NCBI GenBank assembly: GCA_028534125.1
Contig: CM052817.1
Span: 51,958,001 to 52,022,000, forward strand
Direction: 5' to 3'
Length of the DNA: 64,000 nucleotides
From: Lama glama
Lineage: Eukaryota
The notes beneath the pieces were generated by a model that was given only the letters and a program-made list of their open reading frames with translations, ran no database searches and had not been told where the DNA came from. Both the position numbers and the translations under genes were made by a program. Numbering within the stretch: position 1 is the first letter of the stretch; the number at the start of each line of letters is the position of its first letter. Below, one piece after another: positions 53,531-64,000 of this stretch.

Positions 53531-54774
53531 GCCATAGTACCTCATCTCAATCTTGTTCTAGGTTAATCTATTATAATTTATATGCTTGAATAATTAATGT
53601 TTTCTGTTGGCCAATGGACTTTTATTGTTCTCCTAGAATAGGGTGACTCCAAAAGAATCAGCATTTTAAAATTGTGCTATTTAATAACTAGATTACATAT
53701 GAACATGTCTGTAAACACACTTGTAACAGACCTATCAGTTATTTACACAATTTTACAAAGATTCATTGTGTACTCCTCATGTCACATTTCATACATCAAT
53801 TCTGCAATCTAATTCAACCCCAAGTGCCAAGAATATATCACTATTATTGGGTGAAATGATATATTGTACAATTAATCATCCAATCAGGAATATTTGATAG
53901 TATTAAAATAATAAATAATGTTTTTAAGATATTTATTTTAGTTGTCAAGGATAGTTTTATTATTCTGGTATACTTATACAATAGTTCTATCCAAATTATT
54001 TTCAAATAATTGAATTATTTTTTAAAATTGTAGCATCATACATCTACATATTTATAAGAATGCAAAATTTATAATTCTTTATGTGTATTTTCTGACCATC
54101 AAAAAATAAAAGCAAATAATTATTCTTGGCACAAAGTAACATATTTTAATCATTTTTCTTAGCCATAGGTGTCTCTAATACTATGTCGGTTGTTTTTCTG
54201 AAAAATGAATTTTTTCAAATATGGACTAATTATTTTTATTAGTTTCTATATTTTATTAGTCTATTACATGATCTGTTTATATTGTCATGAAATTGACAGT
54301 CATATTCCTCAAACTTCCATATAATGGTTAACTGATTATTCTCTATAGACTAAAATCTTTTAATCAACAAAATACTTTCTGTATAGATACTTACGTACTT
54401 GGTAAATTCTGGTAAGATTCCACTAAATGGAGAGTATCTCAAGTCTCATATTTTCCACAATAAAAATTCCAATTATCTCAGATTAAAGATTTTTATGGCT
54501 CTGTTGCCTCCAAATATATTCCCTTGCTTTGACAAATATTTTATGAGCATTAGATGCACACTCTCTGCCATATTTTACTACTTGTTCAAGTTGGACTCCA
54601 GGAGGTTTGTATATTTTCAGAAACAATGAATATGAAGAGATCTTTTTCTCACATACAAATGTGGTTTTGTTACTTTTGTATTTTGCCAATCGGACATGTG
54701 AAAAAAATTGAACCTTTTAAAAAATTTGCATTTAAAAAAATAAGCTTGTGAGGTTCAAACTGTCTTTTTGCATT

Positions 54775-54935
54775 TTTATGAAATGTACTATTATAATATC
54801 AATAATGAGGTATCACATACAATTCCTAGTGGGAATAACAGATTACTTGAGAATTATATGAGACAATTCAGGTTAAGTGATTAGCACAGCTCCCGTCCCA
54901 TAGTAAGACGTTAATAGTTAAGATGGAATTGTTAT
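54775..54935 (+). mobile_element. MIR SINE 3' half
   Basis: gattacttgagaattatatgagacaat...ttagcacagctcccgtcccatagtaag. Confidence 0.6.
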
Positions 54936-57337
54936 TTATCTAGTAAATTTTGTTTAGTTTCTTTTTCCAATTTTTTATTTTTTATTATTTTATGAATTCT
55001 GTATATATATTAAAGTCATCAATCTTTGTCATACATTTTGCATTTTTTCCAGTTTATCATTTCCTTTTAACCTCATACACTGTGATTCTTGGGTATTTAG
55101 GGGATGATGGGACCTAATGCACATGTTTTTATTTAGGTAGTAGGTAGATTTGCATTTTTTCAGGCATAATCCTTAATAGAGAGTTCAAATGTTAGAGATG
55201 GAAAGTAAGAAGAGATGAAATGAATCCAACCTTTGCACAAGAAATTTCATAGCTAATTCTACATTGTGTTTAGGTAATACACAAACAAACAAATTAAAAA
55301 CAAAAGCACTTTTCCACTCTGATTAAAGCAAACCTTAAAAATTAAAAACTGACTGCTCTGAGATTAGGTATGGTTTAAACAAGAGACTTGCCTTGAGCTC
55401 AGGATGACATGTGGAAAAGCAGGATCATTCACTGAAACTAATCTTAGGTCTCTTTTATATAAAGGCAAATCCAAAATCAATTCTGCTTTTAAAAAAATTG
55501 ATTTGGGATCAGAACTACATATAAATGCTAAATCAACATTCAAGATAACAAACTATATTGAAGACATTCTTAATACATATTGACAGTCACTTGATGAAGG
55601 TAACAGGATTGATCCTAATTCTTGTTCTAATAATTATTCATTTATTCATGTCCAAATGATTTCCAAGGAAAAACCCTTCTCTTTCTTTCTTCAATTTTTA
55701 ATTATGTCCACTGTCCTAAAGTTCAAATTTTCTAAAATTTCTAGTTTTAATATATTAAGTACAATTTCTAGAAATCATAACATACTGAGAAATTTGGTAA
55801 TTTATTATCCAAATAACTGGGAAATCAGCAAATTAAAAATGATTACCATTAGAGAATATTATTTTGAAGATATTCACTGGTGGATTTTTCAGGTGAATAT
55901 AAAAATTTTTGTTTCAAATTTGAAAGATTAATATAGTTTTATGTTTGTTTTAACATTTCTTCTTTCTCTTTCTTAGAGATACCCTTTCGTTTCTGGTTTC
56001 ACTCTTACCACAACTTCATAACTTCACACAAGTATTTAATCACCTTGCAAAAATGTTCTTGTTTTCATCATATCATTCATAGTGCTAAAGAACCTTTATT
56101 TCAATGGGACAATGATTGCTGACCTTGTCAGTAAGAGTTAGAAAATGTGAACAACTTGACTGGTATCCTATGAGTTTATACAGAAAACTGTCCTCTCTTC
56201 ACCAACACCACTGGAGCTGAGCAGTTACTTTCTGCATAACCTTTCCTCTTGACAAGTTCACTGACCACAGCCAATCTAAATTTGGCCTTATCTGACATTA
56301 TCTTCTTTGATGTAAAAGAAACTTTCTTTTCTTGTAAAGTTAGTCTTGTCTGGTCCACACCTGTACTGGAAAGAAAATACCCCATGATTCCTTACGTTGA
56401 CTTAATCCACTTCAAAGAATGAGTTGTCTGATTTAACAGTCAGAAAAATTTCTCCACCTCTCTCTATTTTTTTCTCCCCTCTTGCTCTTTCTCTGTCTTG
56501 TTCTTTTTGTATCTTTCATATGAAAAACTGGTGGTTCTACTCTGTTACTTCTTTTATACGATACTGACCTCACATTTTGGCCCCTTCTAGAGGTAAATGT
56601 GGAAGCCCACTTTTCTCTCTGTTTCAAGTAAGGGACTCTGAGGATGGACGTTGAGTGTGTCGTCTCTGTAGATGCAAACTCTCCTTTGGTTGGATTACCC
56701 AAGGTTCAATAATTAACAATTAATGGAGATTATAAGAATATTTGACTGTGACCTATATCTAATCCACAATTTCCAATCTAGTCTTTATTGCATTAATTTA
56801 TTAGTATTAACACCAGTACTTGGATATCTTTCTCTTTGACTCCACTGTTTGACTTCTCAATTGATTCTGAACTTAGTTGAGACATTAGGGTTGTGGGAAA
56901 TTATTACTAGTAAACTCAAACACAGGGAAATATCCCTAAGTCCAATAAGTTTGTAGCCCTGACAGCCATGTTAGCATATTTTCTTGACCCTAGCCACAGA
57001 TGCATGATCAGAGTTAAACATTCTGACACATAAGTGGATTTATCAGATTCTGTCTCTTCAGTATTATATTTTGTATTGAGATATTCACTATCTCCAGGTA
57101 TCTGAGAAACTACAAAATGACCAAAATTTCACCTGCCTTGTAAAAGGAAGAATATAAAAGGTATGAATAACAATAAAACAAATGAGAGTAGAGATACTGT
57201 ATTGAGAGAATTTCCATGGCTTGGTTCCAAGGTTTAGTTTGAGCTAAATTTTAACTTAGATTCTTTGTATTTATATAGTACTTCAGTTAGGTTTAGGTAT
57301 CTTAAAACAAATAATTTATTATAGAAATAATTCTGCC

Positions 57338-57600
57338 TGTAGCAGACATTGATACCTAGTTAAAATTGCCCAAGCTCTTTCTTTCTTGTCTGCCTCCATC
57401 ATGGGAAAAGTTACATATTCACCTTGCCAGCTATCCCAGAAGTTACGGATTATAGAAGTCTAAATCTACTTAGGGCTTCTATGAAAGTTTTTTCTTCTTC
57501 ATAATAATGACTGAGTAAAATGGCACCAAATATTTCCTCCAACTGGGTTGAGTATTTCCTAGAATTTATCTTCCCAAGGGAAATTACTCATTAATAACTA
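57338..57600 (+). mobile_element. MaLR LTR remnant (MLT1I/J-like)
   Basis: Starts tgtagcagacattg; contains agggcttctatgaaagttttttc; boundaries uncertain. Confidence 0.4.
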
Positions 57601-58513
57601 GCCACCCCAGGACAAAAGGAAGTACTAAGTTAGAAAATATAGATCCTTATAAGATATGTTGTACTTACAAACTTTGATTTCAAGGTCGCTTTTATAAGGT
57701 AGGTTTGTCTCATAGAGCTTAATTATACTGATTCAAAAGATGAAATTGTAATTTGACACTACCATTACGAAAACAGTGGTTCTAGGGATATAAAGGTTTC
57801 AGGAATAGAGCTTAAATTACTGTCACTGGGAACAGTGTTTAATTAGTTTTAGATATCTTCTCTGCTTACGACTGATATATTAACTTGCCGGAGCTTTATT
57901 TTTCATTACCAAAGTCCCAGACTGATTAACTTGTTCTATGATCTGTGTAATCAATTGTTTACCGTGAATTGAACCAACAGCTGCAGAACACAGTTGGAAA
58001 TAACCCAGGAGCAAAGGAGGACATGATTTCAGGAATAGAAAAACAAAATGTAAGGAATCAAGCCAACTAAAATATAACTTATGCAAAGATGAGTTTAAAG
58101 GTGTCTCTTGTGTGCTACTTCTTATGTATTAACAAGAATTAGTCACAGCCCTTAGGTCTTAGAGTAAAAATACTGACACAATGTAGGAAGTAAATTATCT
58201 ATAAGCATAACTGAAAAGTTTGAGATTCTATTTTTACTCTAAAAAGTTTAATTATTTTGCCAGGAAAACTTACAATGTTCTTCAGAGATTTTTTATCATT
58301 GGTGTTCTAGTTGTATACATCTATTGGACTTAAGGCCTTTTATTATTTTCATGTATAAAACTATTTACTTTTTGAATATATTAAGAAATGCCTACTTAGA
58401 TTTATAATTCATTATCATCTCAATGAAATTGTTATTTATTATAATGACTAAAATTATGTTAGTAAATGGTTAGTGTGAGCTATAAACAGTGCATTCTATA
58501 GCAGTGTACATTT

Positions 58514-59623
58514 TTAAAAATCGAAGTACAGTTGATTTACAATGCTGCATTAGTTTCTGGTGTACAGCGTAGGGATTCAGTTTTATATATATATATATGT
58601 ATATATACTTTTTCATTATAGGTTATTACAAGATATTGAATGTAGTTCCTTTTGCTACATAGTAGGACTTTGTTGTTTATCTGTTTTATATATAGTAGTT
58701 TGTGTCTGCTAATCCCAGACTCCTAATTTATCCCTCCTTCTCCTCATTCCCCTTTGGTAACCATAAGTTTGTTTTCTATGTCTGTGAGTCTCTTTCTGTT
58801 TTATAAATAAGTACATTTGTATCATTCTTTTTAGATTCCACACATAAGTGTTAACATATGATATTTGTCTTTCTTCTGATTTACTTCACTTAGTATGATA
58901 ATCTCTAAATTCATCTATGTTCCTGCACATGGCATTATTTCATTCTTTTTATGGCTGAGTAGTATTCCATTGTATATATTTAACACAACTTCTTTATCCA
59001 GTCATTTGCTGATGGACATTTAGGTTACTTCCATGTCTTGGCTATTGTAAATAGTGCTATTACAAACACTGGGATGCATGTATCTTTTCAAATTAGAGTT
59101 TTCTCTGGATATATGCCAGGAGCGGGATTGGATCATATCACAACTTTACTCTTAGTTTTTTAAGGACTTGCCATACTGTTTTCCATAGTGGCTGCACCAA
59201 AACACATTCCTATCAGTATAGGAAGGTTTCCTTTTACTCACACCCTCTCCAGCATTTATTATTTGTGGAATTTTTAATGATGGGCATTGTCACTGGTGTG
59301 AGGTGATAACTCATCGTGGTTTTGATTTGCATTTCTTGGTAATTACTGATGCTGAACATCTTTTCATGTGCCTGTTGGCTATCTGTATGTCTTCTTTGGA
59401 AAAATATCTATCTAGATCTTCCACTCATTTTTTGATTGGGTTTTTGTTTTTCTGTTATTGAGTTGTATGAGCTGTGTATATATTCTGGAAATTAACTCCT
59501 TGTCAGTCACATAATTTGCAAATATTTTCTCCCAGTCCTTATGTTGCCTTTTCATTTTGTTTGTGGTTTCCTTTGCTGTGCAAAACCTTATAAGTTTTAT
59601 CATGTTCCATTTAGAAATTTTTA
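58514..59623 (-). mobile_element. 5'-truncated L1 (end of ORF2 plus 3'UTR), cetartiodactyl/camelid type
   Basis: Antisense ORF2 peptide [41 protein letters not shown]; typical 3'UTR; near-TSD CAGTGTACATTT (58502-58513) / CAATGAACATTT (59624-59635). Confidence 0.93.
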
Positions 59624-59919
59624 CAATGAACATTTATTTGTTATTTATTTATTTTAAATTTATTAACTAGCTAATATTTAATACTAAGGTAAATTAGGTT
59701 TTCACAGAAATAGTTTAGTATTTAATTTCAAAACCATAAACTATTAAAAAGAACACAGCATGAAATGAATGAAATAGATCAAATTTAATTTTTAAATCAT
59801 AATTCAAATTTTAAATTATTTTCTTCATTTTTCTTCTTAGTGATTTTCTTTATTTACTTATTTTTCAGTAATTTGCCTTGTTTCCTTTCACAGGGTTTGA
59901 ATCCTATACAAAATTTTTG

Positions 59920-61180
59920 GTGAGAAGAGAGAAGATGGCAGAGTAGAAGGAAGCTCGCAGCTCACCCTCTCCCACAAATGCACCAAGACCCACATCCACA
60001 GACCCACTCAGCCAACCAGAACACCTGTGGAACTCCGACAGAACATCACCCTCTTCAAAAGATAAAGACGCCAAAAATCTGGTAGGAGAAAAGGAAAAAA
60101 GAAAACAAAAGGCAAAGCAGAGCGGGACGGGTCCCGCGGGGAGGGAGCGGCAAAGGAGGACTGGCGCTCGCTCGCTGGGTCTCCCCTCTCCAACTGAGAG
60201 GCCAGCGGGACGGAGGGGGAGCCTCTGAGGCTCGGATCTGTACAGAGCAGCCCTTGACTGACAGAACTAAGTTAAAGAGGCACAGAGGGCCCCCTGACAC
60301 CCAGCCTGAGACGCGGGCCGGCAGCTGCGGGCAGGGCCAGGCTTCCCAAGCCGGGCAGAGAACGGGGGCGGATGCACTGAGGCAGCACCGGGAGACTGCA
60401 AGGGGCTGAGCATGGTGGCTGTGGGTGTGCAGGGCAGAACAACCTGGGCCCTCCATAAAACAGTATGGTTGAAGTGCCCTGGGGGAAGGGTGCATACCCA
60501 CATCTCTGAAAACCTGTGGAAAGTTTTTGGGGGAAGAGAGGCGGGGCTCAGGCACAGCTGCCATATCCTCCGGCGCTTAGCATCCAGGCGGGGGGGGGGG
60601 GGGGCGAAACCTGAATCCCCACCGAGGGGCTTAGCAGCCTCAAAGGCCAGACTGAGACTTGTCTACAGCCCGAGGCAGATAGGATCCTTCCATCCTGGTC
60701 CCTCAGAGAACTTGCTCCGCAAAGACAAACAAGCTGAGCTTTGGCCTGGAGCAGGGACAAGGCTGTCCCTCGCTCTTCCCTGAGCCCACCTGCGGAGCAC
60801 TGACCAGGGTGGAGTGCACAGCCGCACAGAGCAGCGGAGCTACCAGCGCTAGGAGAGGGAGAGCGGGCCCCCGCCTTTCGGGCAGGAACACAGCCCCTGA
60901 CCGAGGTGGGGGCACGACCCGCCCTCCTACCTGGCCAGTCTGCAACATCTGACTGCGGCATCGGGAGGGGCAGTGACCCGCCGCCCACAGCAAAGGAGAG
61001 CTGCACCTGACCCAGTGTTGGGAGGATGCGAGATCAGCTTGCCGACAGGTGCTGAGAGCGGCACAGAAGAGGGCGCCAACGGAGGGCCTCTGGAAACAGC
61101 AAGCTGAGCTTCCAAAACAGGACAAAGACAGAAAGACTTCACATTAAAAGCACACAGACTCCAGGAGAACACCGACACCC
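59920..61180 (+). promoter_or_regulatory. L1 5'UTR internal promoter, CpG-island-like
   Basis: The only strongly GC/CpG-rich stretch in the window; YY1-like AAGATGGC near the 5' end; poly-G run at ~60590-60604. Confidence 0.7.
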
Positions 61181-61379
61181 CCCCCTTTTTTTTTTAAATC
61201 TGTTTTTACCTGTTCTATTTTCTATTACCCTCTTAATTTTTACTTCTTAATTCATTTCTATTTCTCTTGGGTTTTGATGTCCTGTTATTGATTAGACACA
61301 GGTTTCAAATACATCTTTTCATCTTTTCCCCTTTTTTTTAAAGGTTTTAAAAGGACGTCTCAACCCTAATGATGTTCTG

Positions 61380-61879
61380 NNNNNNNNNNNNNNNNNNNNN
61401 NNNNNNNNNNNNNNNNNNNNNNNNNNNNNNNNNNNNNNNNNNNNNNNNNNNNNNNNNNNNNNNNNNNNNNNNNNNNNNNNNNNNNNNNNNNNNNNNNNNN
61501 NNNNNNNNNNNNNNNNNNNNNNNNNNNNNNNNNNNNNNNNNNNNNNNNNNNNNNNNNNNNNNNNNNNNNNNNNNNNNNNNNNNNNNNNNNNNNNNNNNNN
61601 NNNNNNNNNNNNNNNNNNNNNNNNNNNNNNNNNNNNNNNNNNNNNNNNNNNNNNNNNNNNNNNNNNNNNNNNNNNNNNNNNNNNNNNNNNNNNNNNNNNN
61701 NNNNNNNNNNNNNNNNNNNNNNNNNNNNNNNNNNNNNNNNNNNNNNNNNNNNNNNNNNNNNNNNNNNNNNNNNNNNNNNNNNNNNNNNNNNNNNNNNNNN
61801 NNNNNNNNNNNNNNNNNNNNNNNNNNNNNNNNNNNNNNNNNNNNNNNNNNNNNNNNNNNNNNNNNNNNNNNNNNNNNNN
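61380..61879. other. Assembly gap (500 N)
   Basis: Run of exactly 500 N. Confidence 0.99.
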
Positions 61880-61881
61880 TT

Positions 61882-62103
61882 ACAATAGCCAAAACATGGA
61901 AACAGCCTAAATGTCCATCAACAGGTGACTGGATAAAGAAGAAGTGGTATATTTATACAATGGAATACTACTCAGTCATAAAAACTGACAACATAATGCC
62001 ATTTGCAGCAACATGGATGCTCCTGGAGAATGTCATTCTAAGTGAAGTAAGCCAGAAAGAGAAAGAAAAATACTATATGAGATCGCTCATATATGGAATC
62101 TAA
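61882..62103 (+). CDS. L1 ORF2p C-terminal fragment (partial; upstream part lies in the gap)
   Basis: TIAKTWKQPKCPSTGDWIKKKWYIYTMEYYSVIKTDNIMPFAATWMLLENVILSEVSQ is open and matches the L1 ORF2p C-terminus. Confidence 0.7.
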   Translation, partial: TIAKTWKQPKCPSTGDWIKKKWYIYTMEYYSVIKTDNIMPFAATWMLLENVILSEVSQKEKEKYYMRSLIYGI

Positions 62104-62853
62104 ACAAACAAAAACAAAAACAAACAAACAAACAAAAACAAAGTGTAAATACAGGACAGAAATAGACTCATAAACAGAGAATACAGACTTGTGGTTGCCA
62201 GGGGGGGCGGAGGATGGGAAGGGATAGGCTGGGATTTCAAAACTGTAGAGTAGATAAACAAGATTATACTGTATAGCACAGGGAAATATACACAAAATGT
62301 TATGGTAGCTCACAGAGAAAAAAATGTGTGACAATGAGTGTGTATATGTCCATGTATGACTGAAAAATTGTGCTGAACACTGGAATTTGACACAACATTG
62401 TACAATGATTATAAATCAATAAAAAATGTTAAAAAAAATTTTTGCACATCACACTCCACCTCAGTATCTGCTTTTGGAAAACCCAATTTGTGACAATATC
62501 TTTTATGTAAATCAGACAAAATTCATTTTATAACATTTTATTCTAAACATATTTGTTCTATTAACTTAGGAGGTTTCATGTTTCTTTCCTGATATAATTT
62601 TAATGACTCAGAGAAAATATTAAGTTTATTTATGTAAAATGATTGATCTTACTAGCTTTAGCAGCTTCATTTAAGAAAATGAATAACATGTTTCCTGAAC
62701 AGCTCATTGACTGTCTCCACTATATCAATTCATTTTCTCAGAAGAAATTAAGGATTGAGATCAGAATATGGATATGTTGCAATAGGTGGAGCTAAGGGAC
62801 AAAAGTGAGAAACAATATGCTTTCAAATTTCTCCAAATTTGTTTTATTACTTT

Positions 62854-62854
<1 letters not shown>

Positions 62855-62908
<54 letters not shown>
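62855..62908. repeat. (TATC)13 perfect microsatellite
   Basis: Directly visible. Confidence 0.97.
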
Positions 62909-63199
62909 ATCTTTCCACTAGGAAAGGAAGAACAAAGACAGTATTAGAATCTTTTAAAAGAAACATATTAGAGAAAGTTTTTCATTTTATAATTTCAGGG
63001 TAAGTTTTATTCAGAATTTTTTAATTGCCGAAGTTATTGTTACTTTTAAGCATGTACAAATTCTCTACACTATTCAGAAGTAAATATTAATTGCATGTAT
63101 TTCATTGTAGATAGTATTTTAAGCTTCAGGATGTAATCCATTTTTGCTTTGAAAAAAACAAGTTAGAGGTAAACATAATATTAAGACACACTAACATGT

Positions 63200-63430
63200 T
63201 AATTCATTCACACATTCTTTAGGTATTTATCCAAGTCCACTGTATGAAAGATAATCTGTTACATAAGGCAAAGATAATTAATAAATTATGCCATTCATAG
63301 GACTTACAACTTACTCAGGGAGACAGACATATAATTATGTTACTACAGTATGGTGTAATAACTGCTGATAAAGAAACTATGATAAATAAAATAATATGTA
63401 CTTGAAGGAACAACAAAATCAAATCTGCAT
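63200..63430 (-). mobile_element. L2 3' fragment
   Basis: tgccattcataggacttacaacttactcagggagacagacat. Confidence 0.55.
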
Positions 63431-64000
63431 GAGTTGAGAGGTGGATGGAAAGAGAACACACAGACACAAACTCCTTTCAATTTCCAATACTACAATTCTC
63501 TAATTACATTCTAACTTTGGTTTAGTCAGTATTATTTGTAGAATGAACATTTTAATAAAATTTATATCTGCGTAAATACTAATTCAGACACAAGGTGCAT
63601 AATGTATTCTGCTTTCATCTTTTATATTATTTTATTTCTTCTGAAGTTATTTGATGCTTTTCTTTTTGCTTTCTTATTTTTCCACCCATTTATCACTTTT
63701 CTTACCCAATTGTTCTTCATAGGGTCATTTCCTCAGATCTTCACCATAACCCAACCCAAACCTGCACCCCTTGAAATCTTTCATCATCTTACTCCAGTCT
63801 GACTGGAGTTTCCAGGCTTATTATGCATCATCATTCTGGGACTTCCCTCATAATCATCTTTGGAATTCCTTCATCTCTGTTCTGATTGGATACAAAATTT
63901 CAGGATTCCATATTTTTTAACTGTTTTACTTGAAGCCTTTCTTTATGTATATTATATATTCTAGTTATGTAGCCTGTTAATATAAAGTTAGGTTTTATAC

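Larger units (their letters stand above)
59920..62434 (+). mobile_element. Young L1 with both ends present (probably full length); interior in an assembly gap
   Basis: 5' end gagaagagagaagatggcagagtag, then a CpG-rich 5'UTR; after the gap, ORF2 C-terminus, 3'UTR, AATAAA and A-tail; TSD AAAATTTTTG at 59910-59919 and 62435-62444. Confidence 0.92.
59870..62495 (+). mobile_element. 3' end of an LTR16-like ERVL LTR, split by the young L1 (pieces ~59870-59919 and 62435-62495)
   Basis: Joined flanks read cctttcacagggtttgaatcctatacaaaatttttgcacatcacactccacctcagtatctgcttttggaaaacccaatttgtgaca, resembling LTR16 3' termini. Confidence 0.6.

Noticed and set aside
56176..56385. Possible minus-strand exon (good acceptor ttttctttccagtacag, open frame GVDQTRLTLQEKK...)
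   Set aside because: The donor is weak, the peptide is unrecognised and there are no partner exons; it cannot be supported without RNA data.
61347..62103. 181-aa and 244-aa ORFs
   Set aside because: Artefacts of translating through the N gap; only the L1 ORF2 tail is real.
1..64000. The many 60-130 aa ORFs in the six-frame track as host genes
   Set aside because: They have low-complexity F/L/I/K-rich composition typical of AT-rich non-coding DNA, many use alternative starts, many overlap repeats, and none has a recognisable non-transposon domain or forms a consistent exon chain.

Overview
AT-rich mammalian non-coding DNA (gene desert or deep intron), almost certainly from a camelid, based on a tRNA-derived Vic-1-type SINE at ~8.9 kb. 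I cannot support any host protein-coding exon; the listed ORFs are either chance ORFs or transposon-derived. The window is a layered transposable-element landscape: ancient MIR, L2, L3/CR1, hAT (MER112, MER102, MER94, MER63, MER5) and MaLR (MLT1) relics; several solo LTRs with target-site duplications (TSDs); a decayed ERV-L gag-pol internal fragment (15.9-18.7 kb, minus strand); and two younger L1s at 58.5-62.4 kb. The plus-strand L1 has both ends and a matching TSD, but its interior is hidden by a 500-N gap. The most unusual observation is a ~245-bp inversion inside the ERV-L pol (RNase H start) with a duplicated junction. I found no evidence for a new biological system. Repeat subfamily names come from recalled consensus similarity, not from a database search, and boundaries of old repeats are approximate.
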